From the NCBI GenBank assembly GCA_965261085.1, contig OZ253442.1:1696001-1760000 (forward strand): 64,000 bases of DNA, written 5' to 3'. This DNA is from a bacterium (GTDB lineage Bacteria > UBA8248). Below are positions 30,313 through 42,870 of this stretch, piece after piece. The position numbers and the translations under genes are program-made. How positions within the stretch are numbered: position 1 is the stretch's first letter; each line of letters starts with the position of its first letter. The notes beneath the pieces are model-generated. The model was not told where the DNA came from. It worked only from the letters and a program-made list of their open reading frames with translations, and made no database searches.

Positions 30313-31761
30313 TTGCTTGAAAGCGCCTTGCACGAGGAACTTTTGGCCGGACCCGACAAGGAATGTCATGTCGTGTTGCGCAAATACGGCCAATTGAACG
30401 CGCTTTTTCTCTTTGGTGGAGACGTCATCGCGCTGATTTCGGCCTGGTTCGTGGCGTATTGGCTGCGTTTCGTCGCGGAGATAGTTCCCGTTCCTTCCGG
30501 GTATCCCGATTTCAGCGTTTATCTCGTTTCGCTTTTCGTGATACTGCTCATTTGGCTCATCGCTTCGGGCATAACGCGTTTGTACCATTACCGTGCCGGC
30601 CTCAATCGCACTCAGGAGGTCATTCGGCTCACGAGCACGTTGGCCTGGACGGTTCTGTTGTTCGCCTTCTTCACGTTTTTCTATCGCAAACAAAGCTACA
30701 GCAGATTGTTGGTTGTTCTGTTCATGGGCCTGGGGCCTGTTTTTCTTTTCTCGGTTCGGCGTCTGGTCTGGTCCTTCATCAGACGCTTGAGGCGTCGAGG
30801 CGTAGACGTGCGGCGCATCCTCATCGCAGGAACAACGCCTATCGCTCGCCGGATCGCCGCTCATTTGGAGACGTATCGATATCTTGGCTTTCATGTCGTG
30901 GGACACCTCTGCGAGGGAGATGCCGCAGAAGACGCGCCTGTGCTCGGGAAATTGGGGGAAGTGCGCGAAGTCGTGACGCAAGAGAGAATCCATGAAGTCT
31001 ACGTGGCGCTTCCCCCGAATTCGCGCGCCGCGCAGGAGGAATTGCTGAACGTTCTGGCGGACTCGAGTGTCGATGTCCGCCTGGTGCCCGATATCGTCGA
31101 ACACATGCGGCTGAACGCCGGGATTGAGGAACTCGATGGTTTGCCGGTGATCCTTTTGTCGCAAACACCTCTTCTGGGCTGGAATCGGTGGGTGAAAGTG
31201 GTATTGGATTATTCTTTGGGAACCTTGGCGTTGCTCGTTTTCAGCCCGCTCATGGTGGTCATTGCGCTCGTCGTGAAGTGGACGAGCCGGGGACCCGTTC
31301 TGTATCGCCAGGAGAGAATGGGCCTGGACGGCGAGCGGTTTCGCATGTACAAGTTTCGCTCCATGAGGGTGGATGCGGAAGCGGAGTCGGGCGAGGTTTG
31401 GACGAGGGAAGACGATGAGCGGCGCACCCGGTTCGGCGCTTTCTTAAGAAAGACGAGTCTCGATGAGTTGCCGCAGTTGTTCAACGTGTTGCGCGGTGAA
31501 ATGAGCCTCGTGGGTCCGAGGCCTGAGCGTCCGGTTTTCGTGGAGAAATTCAGAGCCTCCGTTCCCGATTACATGCTGCGCCACAAAATGAAATCCGGAA
31601 TAACGGGCTGGGCGCAGGTGAATGGGTGGCGCGGAAACACGTCGATAGAAAAAAGAATCGAATTCGATTTACACTATATCGAGAACTGGTCCTTGGGCTT
31701 TGACATCAAGATTTTATGGCTCACCTTCTGGAAAGGACTACTAAACAAAAATGCGTATTAG
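30313..31761 (+). CDS. Undecaprenyl-phosphate sugar phosphotransferase (WcaJ-like; start may lie slightly downstream)
   Basis: N-terminal TM helices; KFRSM, SLDELPQ, SLVGPRPE, GITGWAQVNG. Confidence 0.92.
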   Translation: MLESALHEELLAGPDKECHVVLRKYGQLNALFLFGGDVIALISAWFVAYWLRFVAEIVPVPSGYPDFSVYLVSLFVILLIWLIASGITRLYHYRAGLNRTQEVIRLTSTLAWTVLLFAFFTFFYRKQSYSRLLVVLFMGLGPVFLFSVRRLVWSFIRRLRRRGVDVRRILIAGTTPIARRIAAHLETYRYLGFHVVGHLCEGDAAEDAPVLGKLGEVREVVTQERIHEVYVALPPNSRAAQEELLNVLADSSVDVRLVPDIVEHMRLNAGIEELDGLPVILLSQTPLLGWNRWVKVVLDYSLGTLALLVFSPLMVVIALVVKWTSRGPVLYRQERMGLDGERFRMYKFRSMRVDAEAESGEVWTREDDERRTRFGAFLRKTSLDELPQLFNVLRGEMSLVGPRPERPVFVEKFRASVPDYMLRHKMKSGITGWAQVNGWRGNTSIEKRIEFDLHYIENWSLGFDIKILWLTFWKGLLNKNAY

Positions 31762-31782
31762 ACGGCGTCATGGGTGGAGAGA

Positions 31783-34205
<2,423 letters not shown>

Positions 34206-34253
34206 TGCGCCCTCTCGTGCCGTTCATTCGGCATGGGGCTGGATAAGATAAAA

Positions 34254-35087
34254 ATGGCTGAGAAAAAGATAGTAAATATTGGGGATGTAGCAATCGGTGA
34301 GCCGGGGTCTATATGCGTCATCGCAGGGCCTTGTATGATCGAAAGTGAGGATTTGGCCGAGAAATGCGCCCAACAAATAAAACAAGCGACAGAGAAATGC
34401 GGTATCGGCGGAGTATTCAAGGCCTCGTATGATAAGGCGAACCGCAGCTCGGGGAAATCTCCGCGCGGGCCCGGCATCGATAAGGGGTTGAAAATCCTCG
34501 AGATGATAAGACGCGAGACCGGCCTTCCCGTGATGTCAGACGTTCATAGCCCTGAGGAGGCCGAACGCGCGGCACAGGTACTGGACGCCATTCAGATTCC
34601 CGCTTTTTTATGCCGCCAGACGGACCTCCTCCATGCGGCGGGAAGATCGGGGAAGCCCGTGAACGTCAAAAAAGGACAGTTCATGGCGCCCGAGGACATG
34701 AAATACGTCGTAGAAAAACTCGAGGAAGCGGGTTGTCGACAAATACTTCTAACCGAAAGAGGGACCAGTTTCGGCTACCACAACCTGGTTTCCGACATGC
34801 GTTCGCTCGTGAAGATGCGCGAATCGGGATATCCCGTGGTTTTCGATGCGACGCACAGCGTTCAGTCGCCGGGCGGACTCGGGGTAAGTTCAGGAGGGGA
34901 TAGAAGCATGGTTCCTCATCTTGCTCGTGCTGCAGCGGGCGTGGGCGTCGACGCTTTTTTTCTTGAATGTCATCCGAAGCCTGATGAAGCATTATCCGAT
35001 GGTCCTAATATGATGGATGTCGAGGATCTTCATTCTCTTCTCATCTCGTTGCAGGCGATAGATTCTGCGCGCCTCAGCACACAATAG
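34254..35087 (+). CDS. kdsA: KDO-8-phosphate synthase
   Basis: IAGPC.IE, KASYDKANRSS, IPAFLCRQTD, KKGQF, DATHSVQ. Confidence 0.97.
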   Translation: MAEKKIVNIGDVAIGEPGSICVIAGPCMIESEDLAEKCAQQIKQATEKCGIGGVFKASYDKANRSSGKSPRGPGIDKGLKILEMIRRETGLPVMSDVHSPEEAERAAQVLDAIQIPAFLCRQTDLLHAAGRSGKPVNVKKGQFMAPEDMKYVVEKLEEAGCRQILLTERGTSFGYHNLVSDMRSLVKMRESGYPVVFDATHSVQSPGGLGVSSGGDRSMVPHLARAAAGVGVDAFFLECHPKPDEALSDGPNMMDVEDLHSLLISLQAIDSARLSTQ

Positions 35088-35347
35088 AATATCAAGAAGT
35101 TTGTTCGTCATTACATTGCAGATTTCACTCGTTTTCTGTGTGTTCCGTCTCATGCCTCCCCCGGCCAATAGGCCCACTTTGTCTTTATCGGGTGGATGAG
35201 GCCAGGAAATTTCTGGGTTTCTTGTGATGGCGGACTTTGGGTTTGGCGTCAAATATAAATTGGCGCAACTTTTGAACATTTTGATAAGATATGATTCATA
35301 TGGAATGATTGAGAACTTGTGATTCACACTTTCGTGGGAAAAGTTCC

Positions 35348-37090
35348 ATGCCAAATCAGCGACTCTATTCCGGTCCTCAGTCGAATCTCTCTTTCATAGG
35401 CACGAGTGTGCGCCTGGAAGGCTCGCTGCTTTTTGCAGGTAAAATTTTCGTGGAAGGCGAGTTCGAAGGAGTAATCCATGGCGACGGACACCTTGAGGTT
35501 GCAGAATCAGGAAAGGTCGAGGGCGATATCCATACGAATGAGTTGGTGAATCACGGCCATACCAAAGGTTCTATATTGGTGGCTAATCGTGTTGAATTCA
35601 AAGCCGGATGCTCTCACGAAGGCAATGTAACGGCTCGCAAAATATATATGGATCCAGAAGCAAAGTTCGAAGGCAGATTGATAATGCCCGACGTCGCTCC
35701 GACGCCTGCGCCCAAACCGTGGATTTCGAAAAAACGCCTGCAAATTGCGGTGGGGTTGATGCTGTTTTTGGCTGTCGGCATTGCCTCCACGGCGATTTCT
35801 CGTGAGTCTCCGGATTACTTGCGCAATATCTGGAAGCGCCTCGACGCAATTTGGGAGGCGAGGGTTGGTGAATGGCTAGAGTCGCGCGAGCCGACAAATC
35901 CGAAGCTCAGGGTCGAAGAACAACAGAGAAGATATATTGCTGAGGCGGCTCAACACGAAAGCAAGGGAGAGTTCGATAAGGCTGTGACCAGTCTGAGAAA
36001 AGCGTTGAAGTTCAAGGGGAGTCGCCAGAATGTGGCCCGGTACCGCTTGGCGAAAATTCTGGCGCAACAGAATCATACCCGAAAGGCCATACGTGAAATA
36101 CAATTTTTACTCCAGCGTACTCCGGCGCACATCGAAGGGATGATCCTGCTTGGCGATTTGTATGTTCGGAGTGGGCAACTCTCAAAGGCGTTGGAAATAT
36201 ATAGAGAAGCTTATCTACGTGAACCCGAGGACATCGTTCTGAAAAGACGGCTTCAGATTGTTGAATCGCGTGTCAGGTCGGTTCGGCCCGAATTGCCCAA
36301 GCCTGTGAAAGAGATATTGGACCCGTCCCAAGTTTTAATCAATGCGGAGCGTTTCATATCCGGTAAGGAGCCAGCGAGGGCCGTGAACCTGCTTAGAGGC
36401 GCCATCGAAAAAACACCAGACAATGCGAGGTTCCATTTCTTGTTGGGCGCCGCTTTGGTTCAAATGAATCTGAGGGACGAAGCAATTCGAGCTTATGAAA
36501 AAGTTGTTTCTTTATCGCCCGACTGGCTGGATGGTTATATACGCCTTGGCGCTCTTTTGGAAGCTCAGGGTCGAGACAAAGATGCGATTGCACTATATGA
36601 AAAAGCAGGGGGATTGGACTCGAACGACATCGAGATGAAAATTCGCATTGCTAAACTTCATAATTCGAGGGGCCGGAAAGACACCGCTAATAAGATACTT
36701 TTGGATTTGTTGAAAAAGAACCCCCGCTCGTCTCGCGTTTTAGTGGAGCTTGGTGTTTTCCTTTGGGAAAACAGACAACCGAAAGAGTCGAAGATGGTGT
36801 TCATGCAGGTGCTCGAAATAGACAAAAATTCAGCGCCGGCGTTGAATCGTTTGGCGTGGTTTCATAGGAAGGATCAAGAAGGTTTGGAGCACGGCATCAA
36901 ACTTTCAAAACGCTCGCTCGAAATCCAGCCCGATACGCCGGCGTATCTCGATACCTTGGCGGAGTTGTATTATCGTAACGGAGAATCGGTAAAGGCGCTC
37001 CCGCTTATTCAAAGGGCGATTGAATTAGATCCTGGAAGTCGCTATTTTCGTCTACAATTGGAAAAATTCAAGAGAGCGAGTCGCAAATGA
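35348..37090 (+). CDS. Bactofilin-domain / single TM / TPR-repeat fusion protein
   Basis: N-terminal IG..V.LEG.L...G...VEG.FEG.I bactofilin repeat, TM (IAVGLMLFLAVGIA), then about 10 TPR-like repeats ending AYLDTLAELYY. Confidence 0.8.
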   Translation: MPNQRLYSGPQSNLSFIGTSVRLEGSLLFAGKIFVEGEFEGVIHGDGHLEVAESGKVEGDIHTNELVNHGHTKGSILVANRVEFKAGCSHEGNVTARKIYMDPEAKFEGRLIMPDVAPTPAPKPWISKKRLQIAVGLMLFLAVGIASTAISRESPDYLRNIWKRLDAIWEARVGEWLESREPTNPKLRVEEQQRRYIAEAAQHESKGEFDKAVTSLRKALKFKGSRQNVARYRLAKILAQQNHTRKAIREIQFLLQRTPAHIEGMILLGDLYVRSGQLSKALEIYREAYLREPEDIVLKRRLQIVESRVRSVRPELPKPVKEILDPSQVLINAERFISGKEPARAVNLLRGAIEKTPDNARFHFLLGAALVQMNLRDEAIRAYEKVVSLSPDWLDGYIRLGALLEAQGRDKDAIALYEKAGGLDSNDIEMKIRIAKLHNSRGRKDTANKILLDLLKKNPRSSRVLVELGVFLWENRQPKESKMVFMQVLEIDKNSAPALNRLAWFHRKDQEGLEHGIKLSKRSLEIQPDTPAYLDTLAELYYRNGESVKALPLIQRAIELDPGSRYFRLQLEKFKRASRK

Positions 37091-37279
37091 TTGCCGAAAA
37101 AGATCGGATGGATGTTTATACTCCCCACATTTTGATGGTTTTGAGCAACTGAGCACTTGTTCGCACATGAATAAAAGTGTTGTATGAGATGGTTGCAAAC
37201 TAATGATATGAAGGGATGATAAGGCGTGATTCATCCCGCCCTTTTAGTGGTCGCTACTCTTGGTTTGGAGGGCTGAGAA

Positions 37280-38113
37280 ATGGGTATTCTGACGATCTCG
37301 AGAGAGCTTGGAAGCGGTGGTGATGCTATTGGGAAGAAAGTCGCTGAAGAATTGGGATGGGCCCTTTTGGATAACGATGGATTTGCGGATGCCGCGCAAT
37401 CGTATGGTTATGTCCGAGACGAACTGGAGCAGGTGGATGAGAGGAAGCCCGGTTTGATAGACCGCTTTTTCCGGGACAGGCAACTCGTATATCTCGATAT
37501 CATGCGCGCCATTGTGTATGAGTCGGCCCTGAAAAATAATTTCGTCATCCTGGGACGTGGTTCTCACATACTCCTGGAGGGAATCGAAGGTGCTTTTCGG
37601 GCGCGCATCGTGGCGCCTAGGGATTATCGCCAACGAACATTGGTGAAGAACGAGGGGATTACCCCATCGATGGCGGAGCAGTTCATACGCCATAATGATG
37701 ATGAAAGGATGGCGTATACGCGGCATTTTTTCGATGTCCGATGGGGAGAGCCGAGTCACTTCGATATCATATTGAACACCGGGCTGTTCGATGAAGACAT
37801 GTCGACACGATTGCTGGTGAATATATTGGAAAGTGAAAAATTTTCACAATCTCAACCATCGGGATCTCAAAAACTCCAAAATCTGGCTTTTGCGCAAAAG
37901 ATTAAAGCGACAATCATGACGGATGAGCGAATTGATGCGAGTGGCATTGTCGTGGACTGTCTCGGACCAGGAGAGCTATTTTTACATGGGCGCGTCAATA
38001 GCGATGAAGAAAAAGAATTGGCTGAATCAATTTCCAGAGAATATGCTGGAGTTGTCGGGTTGAGCAGCGAACTGGTCGTGATGCCACCTATCGAAGGATG
38101 GTATCCGGTATGA
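37280..38113 (+). CDS. Cytidylate kinase-like family protein with C-terminal BON domain
   Basis: TISRELGSGG, VILGRG, D..R..Y; C-terminal L.G.V.S.EEK..AE...GV. Confidence 0.8.
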   Translation: MGILTISRELGSGGDAIGKKVAEELGWALLDNDGFADAAQSYGYVRDELEQVDERKPGLIDRFFRDRQLVYLDIMRAIVYESALKNNFVILGRGSHILLEGIEGAFRARIVAPRDYRQRTLVKNEGITPSMAEQFIRHNDDERMAYTRHFFDVRWGEPSHFDIILNTGLFDEDMSTRLLVNILESEKFSQSQPSGSQKLQNLAFAQKIKATIMTDERIDASGIVVDCLGPGELFLHGRVNSDEEKELAESISREYAGVVGLSSELVVMPPIEGWYPV

Positions 38114-38739
38114 GTGCGAGATGTGGTCGACACATTGAACCATTGATGGGCAAGTTTCCTAAATTGCAAATGATGTTTTTGGGCGGGCTTATGATGATGC
38201 TATCCGCTTGTAGCTTGGTGGTAACACAAGCCGACTACGATATGGATAAGGAAAAAACTAGAAAAGATTTTGTTGCGATCCGCGGCCAGCTTCTTGCGCA
38301 CACGCAAATCCTGGCGAATCATGGAAAGTCATTGAACGAATTTAAATTGCAGCTTCGTGACGCCGTCTCAAATGTGGAGAAGACGGTGAAGGAATTAAAA
38401 TCGAAGCCCACGCCGGTGATTGTTTCTCCAAAGTTGGAGCGCAAAAAAGAATCTGTTGGGAAGCTGGTCAAACAAAATCGAAAGTCCAAGGAGACCAGAT
38501 ATATTCGCCGCACATATCAGGGGTTGTTGCTGAGTTATGCGGGAGGCTATGACGAGCCGCGTGGCTCTCGTTATCCCTACAAACTCAAGCCCGGAACGCG
38601 CGTAGCCATTATTTCCGGCGACCGGCGTGGTTTCACCAGAGTGGAGGTGGAATCAGGCCGTTGGGAGGGGAAGAAAATGTGGGTGCGCACCCGCTGGCTT
38701 GCAGAGGAGGTTCCGAAGCGCATGGGAGGCAAAAGTTGA
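38098..38739 (+). CDS. Hypothetical lipoprotein (coiled coil plus SH3-like C-terminus); start likely internal
   Basis: LSAC lipobox after a hydrophobic stretch; C-terminal L.PGT.V.I....G...V.V..G...G...WV. Confidence 0.6.
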   Translation: MVSGMSARCGRHIEPLMGKFPKLQMMFLGGLMMMLSACSLVVTQADYDMDKEKTRKDFVAIRGQLLAHTQILANHGKSLNEFKLQLRDAVSNVEKTVKELKSKPTPVIVSPKLERKKESVGKLVKQNRKSKETRYIRRTYQGLLLSYAGGYDEPRGSRYPYKLKPGTRVAIISGDRRGFTRVEVESGRWEGKKMWVRTRWLAEEVPKRMGGKS

Positions 38740-38741
38740 TT

Positions 38742-39920
38742 CTATAGTTTTTTCAGTCCCTCGCTGAGATCGTCCCTTAAAACCTCAAAATCCTCGAGTC
38801 CCACTGAATATCGAATCAGACCTGCGGAAATGCCCCGATTCTCAGCGCCTTCTATCCCGATATCCGCATACGCCATCTTTACGTGATGTTCCACCTGGCT
38901 CTCTGTGCCGCCGAAGCCGGGAGCAAACACGGGAATTTGCAGAGCGTTCACCAACTCGTCGGCTTTTTCAGGCTCTCCATGCAGTTCAAAGCTGACCAGC
39001 CCGCCAAAAGCGGACATGTATTTAACGGCTCGCTCATGATCCGGGTGAGATTCGAGGCCGGGGTAGTGAACCCGGGAGACCTTGGGGTGAGCGGCGAGAA
39101 ATTCAGCCAATCGAAGGGCCGTGTCGCTGATGCTCCGGACACGCAATTCGAGCGTTTTCAATCCTCGCTCCACCAAAAACGCATCTTGCGGTCCGAGAAT
39201 GGAGCCCAGCAAAGCTTGTTGTTCACGTAACGCGTCTATTATGTTCAGGCGGCCTGAAACCGCACCCGCGATGACGTCGTTGTGCCCGCCGATATATTTC
39301 GTCGCGCTTTGAACGGCTAAATCGGCTCCATGCTCCAGCGGGCGAAACAAAGCGGGAGATGCGATGGTTGAGTCCACGATGAACCTGGCTTTTCTTTCGT
39401 GGGCCCATTCGGCCATTTTTTCGATATCGGGTATACGCAGCGTGGGGTTGGATGGAATTTCCGTGAACAACACCCGCACCGGCTCGTCAGAGAGGTCTTC
39501 CAGAGATTCCACCGAATTCTCCGCCAGGATTTCGACGCATACCCCGTACCGTGAAAGGAGGCCCTCTGCGACGTCTCTCGTATGCCTGTAGCATTCTTGC
39601 GGGATGACGATTCGCGCTTTTGGCGCCAGGAGCGAGAGAAATACAGAAGAGACGGCCGCCATGCCGCTAGCGTATAAGAGGGAAGCCTCCGCGCCTTCCA
39701 TGCGGGCGAGCCTGCGCTCGGCGGCTTCGTTCGTCGGGTTGCCGTAGCGTGAATAAAAAAACGCGTTTTTCTCGCCGCTATGAAAAGCTGCTAGATCATC
39801 CGAACTGTCAAACGTGAAAGTCGCGGTTTGGAAAATTGGCGGTGAGAGAGACTTCTTTGCCTGATTGCGCTCATCTCTCCTCATGTTTTTCGACAATGTA
39901 CTCATCTCCTGTTGTTGCAT
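38742..39920 (-). CDS. Cystathionine gamma-synthase family PLP enzyme
   Basis: YSRYGNPT, SGMAA, EIPSNP, SATKYIGGHND, RGLKTL, HYPGL, SVGLED. Confidence 0.9.
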   Translation of the reverse strand: MQQQEMSTLSKNMRRDERNQAKKSLSPPIFQTATFTFDSSDDLAAFHSGEKNAFFYSRYGNPTNEAAERRLARMEGAEASLLYASGMAAVSSVFLSLLAPKARIVIPQECYRHTRDVAEGLLSRYGVCVEILAENSVESLEDLSDEPVRVLFTEIPSNPTLRIPDIEKMAEWAHERKARFIVDSTIASPALFRPLEHGADLAVQSATKYIGGHNDVIAGAVSGRLNIIDALREQQALLGSILGPQDAFLVERGLKTLELRVRSISDTALRLAEFLAAHPKVSRVHYPGLESHPDHERAVKYMSAFGGLVSFELHGEPEKADELVNALQIPVFAPGFGGTESQVEHHVKMAYADIGIEGAENRGISAGLIRYSVGLEDFEVLRDDLSEGLKKL

Positions 39921-39953
39921 GGGTAGAGCGAGGAAACGAAAAGCAAATGGATG

Positions 39954-41297
39954 TTACGTGACGGACAATGCTCCAAGTTTTTTCTCGATGACATCTTGAA
40001 CCGCGTTGATATCCTCTGGAAGATCGATGGGAGTATTCGCGAATCGGCTATCAAGGCCCGGAATTTCTTTTTTGTGATAATTGACCTTGAATTCAGTAAA
40101 TTTTAGCCCGTGCGCCGTAGAGATGACTACGACCCGGTCTTTGGGGTTTATTTCTCCGCGCGCGATTATTTTTTCAAGGGCGGCCAATGCCACGCCGGTC
40201 TGGGGACAGTTGTACATTCCGGTTCTGTCCGCGCGAGCAGCAGCGTTGGCCAATTCCTCTTCGCTCGCCTGTTCAACGGAGCCCTCGAAAGCTTTCAAGG
40301 TTCTGATAGCCCTCTCGATGCTTACCGGATTACCGATTTGGATTGCCGTCGCCAGCGTTGGTTCGGCGGCTATGGGGTGAAATTCCCGGAAACCGGTCAT
40401 AAAACTTCTGTACAGGGGATTGGCTTTTTCCGTCTGAGCGCAAACGATGCGGGGCAACTTGTCTATCAGCCCCAAATCACGCATCTGCATGAAACCTTTG
40501 CCCAGCGCGCTCACGTTTCCCAGGTTTCCGCCAGGGATAATGATTAAATCGGGAACCTCCCAGTCAAACTGCTGAACGAGCTCTATGCTGATGGTTTTCT
40601 GGCCTTCGATTCGCAGTGAATTCATGCTGTTGGCAAGGTATATACCTTGTTCCTCGCACACCTGTTTCACGATGCGCATACAACCATCGAAATCCGTATC
40701 GATAGCGAGCACCATGGCGCCGTTCGCGATAGGCTGAATGAGCTGCGCCACCGATACTTTCTCTCGCGGTAGAAAAACGATGGCAGGGATATCGGCCGCT
40801 GCGGCGTACGCAGCCAGTGCGGCGGAAGTATCGCCTGTCGATGCGCAGGCGACGGCGTGAAGTTTTTTCCCATCGGCCATCATTTGCTGGGCGGCGGATA
40901 CGAGCACCGTCATGCCGAGATCCTTGAAAGAGCCCGTGTGGCTGTTCCCGCATTGTTTGATCCACAACTCGCCGATTCCGAGTTCCCGGCCCAGACGGTT
41001 GGCCCAGAAAAGGTTCGTCCCTCCCTCATAGAACGAAATGATGTTTTCATCATTTATCAACGGACAAACCCACTCTTTTTTCCCCCACACACCACTGCCG
41101 TACGGCCATATGTTGCGCTGGTAGCGGTCGTCGAACAAATGACGCCACTCGGACGCGCTCCGCATTCGCAGGGTTTCTAGATCGTGGGTGACTTCCAGAA
41201 GACTCTCGCATTCGCGGCACTGGTAGACGGAATCGAAAATGGAATAGGTTGCTTCGCATTCAGGATTTATACATTGGAACCAACAGTTGCAGTCCAT
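39954..41297 (-). CDS. thrC: Threonine synthase (plant-like subtype)
   Basis: TGSFKDLG (PLP lysine), [35 protein letters not shown]. Confidence 0.95.
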   Translation of the reverse strand: MDCNCWFQCINPECEATYSIFDSVYQCRECESLLEVTHDLETLRMRSASEWRHLFDDRYQRNIWPYGSGVWGKKEWVCPLINDENIISFYEGGTNLFWANRLGRELGIGELWIKQCGNSHTGSFKDLGMTVLVSAAQQMMADGKKLHAVACASTGDTSAALAAYAAAADIPAIVFLPREKVSVAQLIQPIANGAMVLAIDTDFDGCMRIVKQVCEEQGIYLANSMNSLRIEGQKTISIELVQQFDWEVPDLIIIPGGNLGNVSALGKGFMQMRDLGLIDKLPRIVCAQTEKANPLYRSFMTGFREFHPIAAEPTLATAIQIGNPVSIERAIRTLKAFEGSVEQASEEELANAAARADRTGMYNCPQTGVALAALEKIIARGEINPKDRVVVISTAHGLKFTEFKVNYHKKEIPGLDSRFANTPIDLPEDINAVQDVIEKKLGALSVT

Positions 41298-41429
41298 ATC
41301 ATCACCAAAAGTAAAAGGCGAAGCTTGGCCTCGCCCGATAGAGACAGTATTATTGCAAAGGCAACTCCAGGCGGCAAATCGGCATATTTATTTCGTGGCG
41401 TAAGGTTTCTGAATTCCATTCATGTGGAA

Positions 41430-42683
41430 TTATGTCGTAGCCACCTGGGTAATACGGACCTCTTTTTCGTTGATGAAAGTGACTATCACCGCCGCCTGTA
41501 GGCAAAGGTAAGCGGCCAGAGCGAATGCGAGGTTGTAGCTGCCAGTCACGTCATAGATGTATCCGCTCAACCAGGCGCTAAGACCCGAGCCGAGTTGGTG
41601 GCTGAACGTGATGAGCCCGAATAGAATGGCCACATTCTTGGATCCAAAGAAATCTCCCGTCAATGCCGAAGTGAGCGGGACGGTCGCTATCCATGAAAGG
41701 CCGATGATCATGGGTGTGGCCCAGACGGTAAAATCATTCTTGTAGAAGATGAACAGGACGAATCCGAGGCCCCTGAAGGCGTAAATCAGGCTCAAGGGGA
41801 TTTTTCTGCCTATTTTGTCCGATAGGGGGCCAACCGCCAGAACCCCAAGTGTGTTGAGGCCGCCTCCCAGGGCGAATGATGTGGCTGCAACGGTGGCGGA
41901 GAAACCCACGTCCGTCGCAAACGGCACCCAGTGGACGGAAACGACGGTCACGGTGAAACCGCAGGTGAAGAAACTCGTAAGCAAAAGCAGGAACGGCATC
42001 TTGTGAAGACACTGGACCCAGGGCAAATCGTATGGAACCACCATTTTGAAGTTGCCGCCGGAAGAGGTTGTGCCCGGGAGGGTATCCCCGGTTCCTGGAG
42101 AATTCTTGACGATGAAAATCGAAATGGGCATCAGAGTGAATATGAAAATGATGCCGATGGTGAGCGAAGTCGTTCTCCAGTCCAGAAAGCCCATCAGATA
42201 CGCGAAGAAAGGAAGCAGTAAGAGTTGTCCCATGCTCGACCCGGCGCTGACGATCGACATGCCCAAACCCCGTCTGTCCGGGAACCAGTTGGATACCAGC
42301 GGGGTAAAGGCGGTCACGCTGTTGCCGATTCCCCCTATTCCCAGCAGGATGCCGAAAAACAGATACACGCCCCACAGAGAGTCGACCTGGCTGATTCCCA
42401 GCATGGCGATGGTCGTCAACGCCGACCCCCAGATGATGATCGTTTTGGGGTCCCAGCGGCGCATCATGAGTCCGCCCAATGGCTGGGATGCTCCGTAGAG
42501 AATCAGGCAAAGAGAGAAGGGGAGTGACAATGCGGCGCGGCTGATCTTGAAATCTTCGATCATCGGCTTGAGGAAGAGCCCAAAGGAATTTCTGGTCGCC
42601 AGGCCCAAAAACATCATCGTGAAGCACCCGGCCAGGATGTACCAACCGTAATATATTTTTTTCGGGGAAGCGGTTTGGCTCAC
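41430..42683 (-). CDS. MFS transporter
   Basis: About 12 TM segments, YYGW, WFPDRRG, LSDKIGRK. Confidence 0.9.
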   Translation of the reverse strand: MSQTASPKKIYYGWYILAGCFTMMFLGLATRNSFGLFLKPMIEDFKISRAALSLPFSLCLILYGASQPLGGLMMRRWDPKTIIIWGSALTTIAMLGISQVDSLWGVYLFFGILLGIGGIGNSVTAFTPLVSNWFPDRRGLGMSIVSAGSSMGQLLLLPFFAYLMGFLDWRTTSLTIGIIFIFTLMPISIFIVKNSPGTGDTLPGTTSSGGNFKMVVPYDLPWVQCLHKMPFLLLLTSFFTCGFTVTVVSVHWVPFATDVGFSATVAATSFALGGGLNTLGVLAVGPLSDKIGRKIPLSLIYAFRGLGFVLFIFYKNDFTVWATPMIIGLSWIATVPLTSALTGDFFGSKNVAILFGLITFSHQLGSGLSAWLSGYIYDVTGSYNLAFALAAYLCLQAAVIVTFINEKEVRITQVATT

Positions 42684-42870
42684 AGATACCTCGATATTTT
42701 CAAGCGCGGATGGTCTCCAAATGTCCGTAATTTTCGCTTGACGCGCAGACTATAACATTAACGGAAGAAAGACACGCGCTCAGGACGCAGTTTCCCCGAA
42801 TGAACGGAGTGGTTCCTCATACATTTTAGAATATGATAGAGGTATTGGTGAATAACGAGGAGGGTTTCCA

